From contig JAZDNB010000015.1 in NCBI GenBank assembly GCA_043800345.1, positions 1-59,383 of the forward strand: a stretch of DNA of 59,383 bases. Direction: 5' to 3'. Under the pieces are notes generated by a model. It had not been told where the DNA came from and searched no databases. It worked only from the letters and a program-made list of their open reading frames with translations. How positions within the stretch are numbered: the first letter of the stretch is position 1; each line of letters starts with the position of its first letter. The position numbers and the translations under genes were made by a program. The DNA comes from Candidatus Omnitrophota bacterium (lineage in GTDB: Bacteria > Omnitrophota > Gorgyraeia > VGKN01). Shown piece after piece: positions 18,654 through 27,962 of this stretch.

Positions 18654-19241
18654 ATGAAGAAAACCAGAAATCTTATTTTAGCATCAAGTTCCCCAAGGAG
18701 AAAAAGACTTCTTAAAAAACTGGGGCTTTCGTTTCGTGTCATGCCGAGTAATTTGGACGAGAGCATGGCTCACGACTTACCCCCAGAAAAACTTGCAAAA
18801 AAACTTGCCTATGAAAAAGCCAGGCTTGTTGCGGCTCATTGTAAGGACGGACTCATCATCGGCGCCGATACAATCGTAGTAGTAAAGGGTAAGGTCATCG
18901 GAAAGCCCACGTCTTACCGGGACGCCAAAAGAATACTTAAGCTGCTCAGCAACACCACGCATAGGGTAATAACGGCACTTGCGGTAATTGATGCGAAGAC
19001 AAATAAAAAAATAGTACAACACGAAAATACTGTTGTAAAGCTACGGGAAATTAAAAAAGAAGAGATAGAAAAATTTGCAAGGCTTCATTATGATAAAGCC
19101 GGTTCATATGCTGCCCAGGAAAATAACGATGCACTCATAGAGCGTGTCGAAGGAGATTTTTTTAATGTGGTAGGCCTGCCCCTTAAAAGACTAAAACGCA
19201 TGCTTAAACGGTTTGGGGTCATGGTTAAAAAAGACGTATAA
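18654..19241 (+). CDS. maf: Maf-family nucleoside triphosphate pyrophosphatase
   Basis: 195 aa. ILASSSPRRKRLL...GADT.V...GKP...AGSYA.Q motifs. Confidence 0.92.
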   Translation: MKKTRNLILASSSPRRKRLLKKLGLSFRVMPSNLDESMAHDLPPEKLAKKLAYEKARLVAAHCKDGLIIGADTIVVVKGKVIGKPTSYRDAKRILKLLSNTTHRVITALAVIDAKTNKKIVQHENTVVKLREIKKEEIEKFARLHYDKAGSYAAQENNDALIERVEGDFFNVVGLPLKRLKRMLKRFGVMVKKDV

Positions 19242-19702
19242 CTATTTTGCCTTTGTGTGTAGGATATCCTTAAGTTCTTTCATAAAATGATTGATATCTT
19301 TAAACTGCCGGTACACGGAGGCAAATCTTACATGGCCACTTCATCAAGCCCATAGAGATGCTTCATCGCTAGTTCTCCGACCTCGGAAGAGGATACCTCC
19401 TGTTCAAAATTCTGCTGGAGGGTTCTTTCTATATTATCAACTATATCCTCGAGGATGTCCATACCTACAGGCCTTTTCTCGCATGCCTTTAAAATCCCCG
19501 CTAAGATCTTTTTTCTGTCAAAAGGTTCGCGTCTTCCGTCTTTTTTTATTACCATAAGGGAAAGTTCTTGAATATATTCAAACGTGGTAAAGCGTTTTTT
19601 ACAGGAGAGGCACTGACGGCGCCTTCTGATAGAAGAACCGTTATTCTTCATGCGGGAATCGGTAACTTTATTATCCAGGCTTCCGCAATAAGGACATTTC
19701 AT
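19242..19702 (-). pseudogene. nrdR: Transcriptional repressor NrdR, interrupted by an apparent 1-nt frameshift near 19331-19334
   Basis: ORF 19328..19702 encodes the zinc ribbon (CPYCG...CLSC) and most of the ATP-cone, then stops at ...DEVAM*. The conserved tail HVRFASVYRQFKDINHFMKELKDIL continues in another frame to a TAG at 19242-19244. The total of 461 nt is not divisible by 3. Confidence 0.75.
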
Positions 19703-20175
19703 TTTCTTTTTGTATGCTTTTCGATAATCCGCAGACTGATACCTGCTTCGTCCAGAAATTCTTTTGCCAGCTTATCGGGATACCAATTCGTTATTACCAC
19801 TTCACGGATTCCTGCGTTGATGAGCATCTTGGCGCATATGATACACGGCTGCGTAGTCGAATATAAAATACCGTCGGTAACGCTTATGCCGTGATACGCG
19901 GCCTGAAGGAGGGCATTCTGCTCCGCATGAAGGCCCCGGCAAAGTTCATGGCGCTTGCCGGAAGGCACCTTAAGCTTTTCCCTTAAACACCCCACTATTT
20001 CACAGTGGGTTATGCCTGAAGGGGTACCGTTATAACCGGTTGCCAATATATGCCTATCCTTGACAATTACCGCGCCCACGTAACGCCTAAGACAAGTGGA
20101 ACGTCTTGAAACTAAATGCGCTATCTCTAAAAAATATTCGTCCCAGTCAGGCCTGTTGATTTTTTCTTTGCTCAA
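19699..20175 (-). CDS. comEB: dCMP deaminase (ComEB-type)
   Basis: 158 aa. HAEQNAL and [14 protein letters not shown] zinc-binding motifs. TTG start with GAGGAG 6 nt upstream. TTGA overlap with the glyA stop. Confidence 0.88.
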   Translation of the reverse strand: MSKEKINRPDWDEYFLEIAHLVSRRSTCLRRYVGAVIVKDRHILATGYNGTPSGITHCEIVGCLREKLKVPSGKRHELCRGLHAEQNALLQAAYHGISVTDGILYSTTQPCIICAKMLINAGIREVVITNWYPDKLAKEFLDEAGISLRIIEKHTKRK

Positions 20176-21437
20176 AGCGATCTCCTCAATCTTTTTATCA
20201 AATCTGCATAAAGCGGGAATTTATTCGTAAGCTTATTCACCTCTATTATAACTTTTTCTATTATGCTTGCATCCTCCGGATGAGATATGACCATATCAAT
20301 GAGAGTGGCTATCTTCTTCATCTCGGTTTCTTTCATACCCCTTGTGGTAACTGCGGGAGTCCCAATCCTTATCCCGCTTGTCACAAGTGCGCCTTTCGTA
20401 TCAAACGGTATGAGGTTTTTATTAACGGTGATACGCGCCCTATCAAGCAGGCTTGCAGCATCTTTTCCGGTAATATTCCTGTTGGTTAAATCCACAAGCA
20501 TAAGGTGGGTATCGGTACCGCCTGAGACTATCCGCAGCCCCTCTTTCCTTAACGCATCTGAGAGCGCCTTTGCATTGTTCACAATCTGCCTTTGATATGC
20601 AGCAAATGAGGTTGACAGTGCCTCTTTAAAGGCAACGGCCTTTGCCGCAATTACATGCATAAGAGGCCCGCCTTGAATGCCCGGGAATATCTGGCTGTCT
20701 ATACGTTTTGCAAATTCTTTTTTACACATAATCATACCGCCCCTCGGCCCCCGCAGTGTTTTATGCGTAGTGGAGCTCACAAATTCGGCATAGGGAACAG
20801 GGCTCGGGTGGAGACCCGCTGCCACAAGGCCTGAGATATGGGCAATATCGGCAAAAAGATATGCACCTACCTGGTCGCAGATCTGCCTTAATTTTTTAAA
20901 GTTAATAATCCTCGGGTATGCACAGGCACCGGCCAATATGAGTTTCGGCTTAAACGACCGGGCAAGAGCACTTATCTCATCATAATCAATTGTTTCGGTT
21001 TTCTTATCGACGCCGTATGTTTTTACGTTAAAAAATTTTCCTGAAAAATTATGCGGATGGCCATGCGTAAGATGCCCGCCGCAGGCAAGGTCCATGGCAA
21101 GTACCTTATCGGATAATTCCAATACCGCAAAGTATACCGCCATATTTGCCTGGCTCCCCGAGTGAGGCTGCACATTAACATGGTCTGCTTTAAAAAGTTT
21201 TTTTGCACGCTCTATGGCAAGCGCCTCCGCTTTATCTACATACTCGCAGCCGCTGTACCATCTGCCTTTCGGATACCCTTCGGCATATTTATTGGTAAGC
21301 GTCGAGCCCTGGATTTCCAACACGGCTTCCGATACGAAATTTTCGGATGCGATAAGTTCGAGGTTTTGATTCTGCCTGTTCGTTTCTTCATACATTATCT
21401 TATATATTTCGGGATCAACCTTTCTTAAAAAACTCAT
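20172..21437 (-). CDS. glyA: Serine hydroxymethyltransferase
   Basis: 421 aa. LIASENF..., [15 protein letters not shown]-Lys motif. Confidence 0.97.
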   Translation of the reverse strand: MSFLRKVDPEIYKIMYEETNRQNQNLELIASENFVSEAVLEIQGSTLTNKYAEGYPKGRWYSGCEYVDKAEALAIERAKKLFKADHVNVQPHSGSQANMAVYFAVLELSDKVLAMDLACGGHLTHGHPHNFSGKFFNVKTYGVDKKTETIDYDEISALARSFKPKLILAGACAYPRIINFKKLRQICDQVGAYLFADIAHISGLVAAGLHPSPVPYAEFVSSTTHKTLRGPRGGMIMCKKEFAKRIDSQIFPGIQGGPLMHVIAAKAVAFKEALSTSFAAYQRQIVNNAKALSDALRKEGLRIVSGGTDTHLMLVDLTNRNITGKDAASLLDRARITVNKNLIPFDTKGALVTSGIRIGTPAVTTRGMKETEMKKIATLIDMVISHPEDASIIEKVIIEVNKLTNKFPLYADLIKRLRRSL

Positions 21438-21440
21438 TTT

Positions 21441-21896
21441 TTAGCTCTCCTTTAACAATTTCTTTTCCAATGCGTTTATCTGATCTACTCTTCTTAAATG
21501 CCTGCCACCTTCAAAAGGGGTAGTGAGCCATGCCATCACTATTTTTTCTGCTTTCTCACTATTGACAAATTTCGCGCCAAGCGCAAGCACGTTGGTATCA
21601 TTGTGCTGCCGGCTTAACGTCGCAACTTTCGCCTGGTAGGCAACAACGGTTCTTACTCCGGGGAATTTATTAGCCACTATGCCAAACCCTATCCCTGTCT
21701 TGCAGATAAGGATGCCCCTTTCAAACCTGCCGCGCGAAACACCTTCGGCTACCTTGCTGCCGATTTTTGGATAATCGCAGCTTTCCGGGTTATGGGTGCC
21801 GAAATCTTTGACGTTATAGCGTTTTTTCAGTAAAAATTTTATCAGTTTTTCTTTTAACTGAAAACCGCCGTGATCTGAACCAATCGCTATCCTCAC
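21441..21896 (-). CDS. rpiB: Ribose-5-phosphate isomerase B
   Basis: (M)RIAIGSDHGGFQLKE start. I prefer the GTG at 21896 (GGAGGA 7 nt upstream) over the GTG at 21911. Confidence 0.9.
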   Translation of the reverse strand: MRIAIGSDHGGFQLKEKLIKFLLKKRYNVKDFGTHNPESCDYPKIGSKVAEGVSRGRFERGILICKTGIGFGIVANKFPGVRTVVAYQAKVATLSRQHNDTNVLALGAKFVNSEKAEKIVMAWLTTPFEGGRHLRRVDQINALEKKLLKES

Positions 21897-21928
21897 CGAA
21901 TCTTCCTCCACGTTAGCTCTGTTAACCG

Positions 21929-22396
21929 TTAAAGAAGTTTGACAAATTTCTCCAAAGAACTTTTTATTATACTAAGTGTTTCTCTATAATGTTCGAGAGG
22001 CATACCGATCGGGTCGGCAATATCCAAATCCATAATACTTTGGACGCTATCGTCAAATTCTCTCAGTAAGAAAACTCTATCTTTTGCCTCGGGAACTCTC
22101 TCTATAATTTCATTCTTGTGCCTATTTGCCATCACCAATATAAGATTGGCATCCCTGAGGATTTCATCGGTCATGCGCCTCGCCCGGTGATAGGCAACGT
22201 CGATGCCCTCTTCTTTCATAATGTTCACTGTCTCCGGAGTAGGCATCATTCCCTCAAACGCAGCAACGCCGCAGGAGGAAATCGATATGCTCTTTTTGTT
22301 TTCCAACATGTGCGTTAGAAAACCTTCTGCCATTACAGAGCGACAGCTGTTTCCGGTACAGACTATAAGGATTGTTGTTATTTTTTTAAAATCCAT
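21929..22396 (-). CDS. Low-molecular-weight protein tyrosine/arginine phosphatase (YwlE-like)
   Basis: 155 aa. CTGNSCRS P-loop. Same ywlC-ywlE-rpiB-glyA order as in Bacillus. Confidence 0.85.
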   Translation of the reverse strand: MDFKKITTILIVCTGNSCRSVMAEGFLTHMLENKKSISISSCGVAAFEGMMPTPETVNIMKEEGIDVAYHRARRMTDEILRDANLILVMANRHKNEIIERVPEAKDRVFLLREFDDSVQSIMDLDIADPIGMPLEHYRETLSIIKSSLEKFVKLL

Positions 22397-23012
22397 GAGT
22401 TAGCAAAACTTCTCTTGAAATAACACCCTCTCTAACTATTTTTGGTTTAATAGTGGTAAAATCCACTACTGTAGAAGGCATCCCCAGGGGACTTTTACCG
22501 GCATCTACAATCATATCTATCTCTTTTTTGAAATTTTTAAGGATGTCCTCCGCATCAACACACTCTTTTTCTCCTGACGTATTAGCGCTTGAGGCAAAAA
22601 GCGGCGCGTTTGTATACTCAAGCAGCGTGAGCACGGCTTTATAGTCAGGCATCCTGAACCCCATAGCAACGCCCTCTTTTGTTTTTAAAATAGCTGTGAG
22701 GGGGCCGGGCCAATATTTCTTTAACATCTTTGATGCCGCAGGGGAAATTATTACATTAAATTTTTTAAGCTCGCTGAATTTATTTATCAACACTGCAAAA
22801 GGTTTGTCCTTCGGCCGTTTTTTTATCCGATATAACCTTTCCACCGCCTTTTTATTCCGGGCATTTGCAAAAATGCCGTATACTGTTTCCGTGGGGAACG
22901 CTATTATACCACCTTTTTTGAGTACTGCAGCTGCCTTTTTTATAACTTGTATGTCGGGTTTTTCCGGATCGATGCTAACATATTCTGCTTTTTTCAAAAT
23001 ATCTTTTTCCAC
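22386..23012 (-). CDS. tsaC: L-threonylcarbamoyladenylate synthase (YrdC/Sua5 family, short form)
   Basis: 208 aa. PTETVYG....A......RIY.IK.RP..KP pattern. The exact start is uncertain (GTG at 23012 or a downstream TTG). Confidence 0.85.
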   Translation of the reverse strand: MEKDILKKAEYVSIDPEKPDIQVIKKAAAVLKKGGIIAFPTETVYGIFANARNKKAVERLYRIKKRPKDKPFAVLINKFSELKKFNVIISPAASKMLKKYWPGPLTAILKTKEGVAMGFRMPDYKAVLTLLEYTNAPLFASSANTSGEKECVDAEDILKNFKKEIDMIVDAGKSPLGMPSTVVDFTTIKPKIVREGVISREVLLTHGF

Positions 23013-23500
23013 TCCTTGGCTCGGTTTAATGCAAGTATGGTTTTTTTCGTTTTTGTCTTATATGCCCGTAGTGCCTTTTTTAATGCTGGGTTATGGAGCG
23101 CGAGTATCCTTACTGCAAGCAGCGCCGCATTTTTGGCGCCCTGAGCCCCTATCGCTACGGTAGCGACGGGGATTCCCGGGGGCATTTGGACCGTTGAAAG
23201 CAAAGAGTCAAGGCCTTTCAAGCTTTTTGTTTCAACGGGAACTCCTACCACGGGTAAATCGGTATGACTTGCTACCACACCGGAAAGCGCCGCAGCGCCA
23301 CCGGCCGCGGCAATAATAACTTTTATACCGGCATCTGAGAGCCCTCTTACATAGCGGGATAATTCATCCGGGGTTCTGTGCGCAGAAAGAATTTTTAGCT
23401 CATACGGTACCTTGAATTCCCCTAATATTTTTGCTGTCTCTTGTATGATGGGTAGGTCCGAGTTACTGCCGATTATCATGCTTACCTGATTTTTAGCCAT
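22994..23500 (-). CDS. purE: 5-(carboxyamino)imidazole ribonucleotide mutase
   Basis: 168 aa. IIGSNSDLP...SAHRTP...GGAAAL motifs. Confidence 0.93.
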   Translation of the reverse strand: MAKNQVSMIIGSNSDLPIIQETAKILGEFKVPYELKILSAHRTPDELSRYVRGLSDAGIKVIIAAAGGAAALSGVVASHTDLPVVGVPVETKSLKGLDSLLSTVQMPPGIPVATVAIGAQGAKNAALLAVRILALHNPALKKALRAYKTKTKKTILALNRAKEWKKIF

Positions 23501-24782
23501 CGTTTAAAACCCTCCTCAGTTCTCTATCGCCTATGTCATGCCTAAAATACATTCCTTCAAAACCAATCTTTCCTATTGCGTCATATGCTTTTTCTTTTGC
23601 ATGTTCAATGGTATGGCCCGTTGCGGTAACATTGAGAACTCTGCCGCCTGAGGTAAAAAATTTACCTCCCTTTTTCTTCGTACCGGCATGAAAGACAACT
23701 ATGTCTTTTTCATCTTTTAATTTTTCAAGCCCCGTAATCTCCTTTCCGGTTTGGAAATTTCCCGGATAACCGCCTGATGAGACCACCACGCTTATACAAC
23801 TTTTTTCTTCCCATTCTAACCGTACGCTGTCAAGCGTACCTTCAATGCTTGCGCAAAGCGCCTCTACCAAATCGCTTTTAAGACGGGGAATGATAACCTG
23901 TGTTTCCGGATCACCAAACCTTACGTTAAACTCTAATACAAAAGGTCCCTTCTTGGTCACCATTATACCGGCGTATAACACGCCTGTATAAGGCGCACCT
24001 TCCTCTTTCATCCTGAAAATTATCGGCACAATTATTCTCTTCATAATATCTTCTTCAAGGTCTGCGTTAATAAGCGTAGCGGGTGAGTACGCACCCATAC
24101 CGCCGGTGTTCGGCCCTGTATCGGCATCGAAAATCCTTTTATGGTCCTGGCTGATTGCAAGCGGCTTGATGTGTGTCCCGTCGGTCAGCACGAGCACTGA
24201 GGCCTCTTCTCCTTCGAGACACTCTTCTATAACTATTTTGTCGCCTGCGGTTTTAAATATTTTATCTTCCATAATCTGCTCTATGGCATCATGTGCTTCT
24301 TCGGCCGAACGGGCAATCATAACACCTTTCCCCGCACAAAGCCCGTCTGCCTTGATGACAACGGGAAATATCTCTCGTGATGTTGTATACGTCTTTGCTG
24401 CTTCGGCAGTATCAAAAATTTTAAAATCTGCCGTGGGAACCCCCGTTCTTTTCATAATCTCTTTGGCAAACACCTTGCTTGATTCAAGGGTCGCCGCTTG
24501 TTTTGTCGGTCCGAATATTTTAAGCCTCTCTTTGACAAATGCATCTACGATTCCGAGCACGAGGGGTCCTTCGGGGCCGACTACGGTTAGGTCTATCTTA
24601 CTCTCTTTTGCAAAACTGATAAGAGACTTTATGTCGTCTGCTTTTATATTAACCGGCTTGGCTATTCCGGATATACCGCCGTTACCCGGCGCTACAAATA
24701 GCTTATCCACCTTTTTTGACTGGGCTATCTTCCAGCAAAGGGCGTGCTCCCTGCCGCCCGAACCTACGACTAATATTTTCAT
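23493..24782 (-). CDS. purD: Phosphoribosylamine-glycine ligase
   Basis: 429 aa. MKILVVGSGGREHAL start and ATP-grasp motifs. Confidence 0.96.
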   Translation of the reverse strand: MKILVVGSGGREHALCWKIAQSKKVDKLFVAPGNGGISGIAKPVNIKADDIKSLISFAKESKIDLTVVGPEGPLVLGIVDAFVKERLKIFGPTKQAATLESSKVFAKEIMKRTGVPTADFKIFDTAEAAKTYTTSREIFPVVIKADGLCAGKGVMIARSAEEAHDAIEQIMEDKIFKTAGDKIVIEECLEGEEASVLVLTDGTHIKPLAISQDHKRIFDADTGPNTGGMGAYSPATLINADLEEDIMKRIIVPIIFRMKEEGAPYTGVLYAGIMVTKKGPFVLEFNVRFGDPETQVIIPRLKSDLVEALCASIEGTLDSVRLEWEEKSCISVVVSSGGYPGNFQTGKEITGLEKLKDEKDIVVFHAGTKKKGGKFFTSGGRVLNVTATGHTIEHAKEKAYDAIGKIGFEGMYFRHDIGDRELRRVLNDG

Positions 24783-24857
24783 ACGATATTGAAAGAGTTA
24801 GCGTCAAAAGGGAGTATTAAAAATTATTAAACTATGATACTTATGCATTGCCATTTT

Positions 24858-24885
24858 GATATTTGATTTTTGATATTTGAATTTT
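24858..24885. repeat. Heptanucleotide tandem array, 4 x GATWTTT (28 nt)
   Basis: gatattt gattttt gatattt gaatttt. Overlaps the purM stop codon and lies in the purM-purD spacer. Confidence 0.9.
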
Positions 24886-25945
24886 ATTTAAAAATTACCT
24901 CTTTATTCCCCTTGATTACCTCTCCTATAATCTGAAATCTCTTTTCAGAGCGTTCTATAATCTCCTGCGCCTGGGATATATCTTTCGGAGAGATGGCAAT
25001 CACCATCCCTATTCCCATATTAAACGTCCTGTACATCTCCTTATCGGAGGCGCCTGAGCGCTTTTGGATGGTTTTAAAGATAGGCGGGATCTCCCATGAT
25101 TTTTTGCGAATTGTAAGAGATTTTTTTCCTCGCAGAATACGGGGAAGTTTATCGTAAAACGCGCCGCCGGTTATATGGGCTATACCTTTTATCTCTACTG
25201 TCTTAATAAGTTCCAGTATAGGAGGCGCGTAGATACGCGTGGGGGTAAGCAGGGTTTTCCAAAGGCCTTTCTTTATCTCGCTCTCCGAGAATACCTTCCT
25301 CACAAAAGAAAATCCGTTTGAATGAAGCCCGCTTGAGGGTAATCCAACAAGTATATCACCTATCTCCATCCTGGAACCGTTTATTATCTTCTTCCTATCA
25401 ACAATACCCACGCAGAAACCTGCAAGGTCATATTCGTTATCTTTATAGAACGAGGGCATCTCTGCGGTTTCCCCTCCGATAAGCGCACAGCCGGATTGCC
25501 TGCACCCGATTGCTATCCCCTCCATCACCTTTACCAGTACTGCCGGACGTATCTTTCCCGTCGCAATATAATCCAGAAAAAAGAGCGGCTTTGCGCCAAG
25601 TGCCAATACGTCATTCACGCTCATTGCCACCAAATCGATGCCGACCGTATTATGCTTGTTCATCATGAACGCTATTTTAAGTTTTGTACCTACGCCATCC
25701 GTGGAACCGACCAACACAGGGTCTTTATAGGCATAGAGGTTCGGTTTAAACAAACCGGAAAAATTACCTATGGTGGATATCGCGCCTTCGGTTCTTGTAG
25801 ATTTTACAAAACTCTTGAACTTACTGACCAGTTTATTCGCCTTATCTATATCCACTCCCGAATTTCTATACGTAATAGTTTTTCCCACTCTTTGCGCGCT
25901 CCTGTATGTGTAATTGTTTTTTGTGACGGCCGTGTACATACGCAT
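24884..25945 (-). CDS. purM: Phosphoribosylformylglycinamidine cyclo-ligase (AIR synthase)
   Basis: TYRNSGVDIDKAN...DGVGTK motifs. The ATG at 25945 has GAGG 6 nt upstream and follows the purF stop. The ATGs at 25957 and 25939 are alternatives. Confidence 0.93.
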   Translation of the reverse strand: MRMYTAVTKNNYTYRSAQRVGKTITYRNSGVDIDKANKLVSKFKSFVKSTRTEGAISTIGNFSGLFKPNLYAYKDPVLVGSTDGVGTKLKIAFMMNKHNTVGIDLVAMSVNDVLALGAKPLFFLDYIATGKIRPAVLVKVMEGIAIGCRQSGCALIGGETAEMPSFYKDNEYDLAGFCVGIVDRKKIINGSRMEIGDILVGLPSSGLHSNGFSFVRKVFSESEIKKGLWKTLLTPTRIYAPPILELIKTVEIKGIAHITGGAFYDKLPRILRGKKSLTIRKKSWEIPPIFKTIQKRSGASDKEMYRTFNMGIGMVIAISPKDISQAQEIIERSEKRFQIIGEVIKGNKEVIFK

Positions 25946-25946
25946 A

Positions 25947-27362
25947 TTATGCCTCATCGCCCTGGCCGCAACATTTTCTCTCTATTATATACTTGTCCGC
26001 TTCCTTTGCAAACGGTATGGGATAATCGCCGGTAAAGCAGGCCGTACAATAATTCTCTCTTGCCAGCGATACGGAATCAAGCAACCCTTCGACGCTTAAA
26101 TATCCCAACGTCTCAACGCCTAAAAATTTTCTTATCTCTTCGACGGTATGGGTGGAGGCGATAAGTTCTTTCCTTGTGGGAAAATCAATCCCGTAAAAAC
26201 ACGGAAATTTTATCGGCGGGCAGGAAATCCTCATATGTATCTCTTGTGCGCCTGCCAACTTTAAATTCCTTACCCTGTTTCTGCAGGTGGTACCTCTCAC
26301 GATAGAATCATCCACAACCACAATTTTTTTATCCTGCAGTACTTCTTTCAGGGGATTAAACTTTACCTTTACGGAAAAATCCCGTATCAGCTGCGAGGGT
26401 TGAATAAACGTCCTTCCTATATAGTGATTCCTTGTCAAGCCGCTCTCGATAGGGATACCCGAGTAACGGCTATAGCCGAGCGCGGCAGAATTCCCCGAGT
26501 CGGGGATAGGGATAACGATATCGGCATCAACGGGGTGTTCTTTTGCAAGATGCCTTCCCAGATTTTGTCTCACCATATGGACGTTTTCTGAGAATATCTT
26601 CGAATCGGGCCTTGCAAAATATACATGTTCGAATATGCAGTAGGAATGCCTCATATGTTCCTGTTCAAACGGCTTTATTGAACGCACCCCGTCCTTATTG
26701 ATAAATATTACTTCGCCCGGTTCGACTTCCCTTATATATTCCGCCTCTATTAAATCAAGGGCGCAGGTCTCCGACGCCAGGACGTATGCGCTGTTAAGCC
26801 TTCCCAGGCAAAGGGGCCTGAATCCGGAAGGGTCCCTTACGCCGATAAGTTCATTTTCACGGAGTATGACAAGCGAATACGCGCCTTTAATCTGTTTTAA
26901 ACAGTTAAAAAGCGCCTCCGAAAAATTGGCAAATTCGGGCCGTGCCAAAAGATGGATGATTATCTCGCTGTCTACCGTGGTCTGAAAAATCGAGCCGTGC
27001 GCCTCAAGATAGTCATGCAGTTCCTTTGCATTAACAAGATTGCCGTTATGCGCGACCGAGATAGAGCCCCGGGAATAGTCCACGGTAATCGGCTGGGCAT
27101 TTTTAATAAGGCTTGAGCCTGTGGTAGAATATCTGACATGGCCTATCGCAATATTGCCCTTAAGGTTGTCCAGTTTTTCTTCATCAAAGACCTCGCCCAC
27201 AAGCCCCATACCTTTGTAGGTATACAACCTATCCATGTCGCTTGAGGTAATACCTGCGGATTCTTCGCCCCTATGCTGCAGGGCATATAACCCCAGATAC
27301 GTAAGCTTGGATGCCTCGGGATGGCCGAACACTCCGAATATACCGCAGAATTCTTTTATCAT
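25947..27362 (-). CDS. purF: Amidophosphoribosyltransferase
   Basis: 471 aa. (M..)CGIFGVFGH Ntn start, a PRTase motif VVVDDSIVRGTT and C-terminal Cys residues. Confidence 0.96.
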   Translation of the reverse strand: MIKEFCGIFGVFGHPEASKLTYLGLYALQHRGEESAGITSSDMDRLYTYKGMGLVGEVFDEEKLDNLKGNIAIGHVRYSTTGSSLIKNAQPITVDYSRGSISVAHNGNLVNAKELHDYLEAHGSIFQTTVDSEIIIHLLARPEFANFSEALFNCLKQIKGAYSLVILRENELIGVRDPSGFRPLCLGRLNSAYVLASETCALDLIEAEYIREVEPGEVIFINKDGVRSIKPFEQEHMRHSYCIFEHVYFARPDSKIFSENVHMVRQNLGRHLAKEHPVDADIVIPIPDSGNSAALGYSRYSGIPIESGLTRNHYIGRTFIQPSQLIRDFSVKVKFNPLKEVLQDKKIVVVDDSIVRGTTCRNRVRNLKLAGAQEIHMRISCPPIKFPCFYGIDFPTRKELIASTHTVEEIRKFLGVETLGYLSVEGLLDSVSLARENYCTACFTGDYPIPFAKEADKYIIERKCCGQGDEA

Positions 27363-27366
27363 ACGA

Positions 27367-27957
27367 TTATTTGAGTTTTATTGTCTTGATGATATGGCTA
27401 AATGCCTTGTTACATCTGTCAAAATCACCGGCCGTATTGATATACCGTACCGTATAGAACTTATTATTCTTCTTGCAAATAATAATCCGCTCTTTTACCG
27501 GAACTATGGTGCTTTTTATCCTGTGAAATTTATCGAGCGTCTTATAGGAAAATAAAACATCTATGGCCTTTTCATCGAGAAGCTTTGTCTTCGTTTGTGA
27601 GACCACTTTTGCATTGCTGAATTTAAGTGTTTTTTCAATGAGGTCTTCCGTTACATTTTCAACCGTCGGGGACGCTACCTTTACTTTGGTGCTCTCTTTT
27701 ATTGCCACCGACATGCCTGCCCTTAGTATTTTACCTTTCTTTTCGGGAAATTCAACTAAAGACACCTGGGCAAAACCGCTCACAACGCTCCTATGTTCCG
27801 TGTATTGCCAGCCGGCTATATAGTCCATCGTAATATCAAGCGCCGGGTCCTTACCTGAATACGTTTCATATTTAAAATCAGCCGAATTCCCGCAACCGGT
27901 ACACATAATCGCCACTCCTATTATAAGTAAAAAAATTACCAATATTTTATATCTCAT
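27367..27957 (-). CDS. Putative lipoprotein, unknown function
   Basis: 196 aa. Signal peptide ending IMCTGCGN. I recognise no family. 4 nt upstream of purF. Confidence 0.7.
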   Translation of the reverse strand: MRYKILVIFLLIIGVAIMCTGCGNSADFKYETYSGKDPALDITMDYIAGWQYTEHRSVVSGFAQVSLVEFPEKKGKILRAGMSVAIKESTKVKVASPTVENVTEDLIEKTLKFSNAKVVSQTKTKLLDEKAIDVLFSYKTLDKFHRIKSTIVPVKERIIICKKNNKFYTVRYINTAGDFDRCNKAFSHIIKTIKLK

Positions 27958-27962
27958 AATTT

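Noticed and set aside
24106-24792. Long antisense ORFs inside well-identified genes (for example 24106..24792 opposite purD, 41828..42598 opposite the phosphohexomutase, 36366..37010 opposite purB, 56966..57412 opposite cysK)
   Set aside because: These are shadow ORFs. They have Ser/Pro/Ile-rich low-complexity translations, no SDs and no recognisable motifs, while the opposite-strand genes carry full catalytic signatures.
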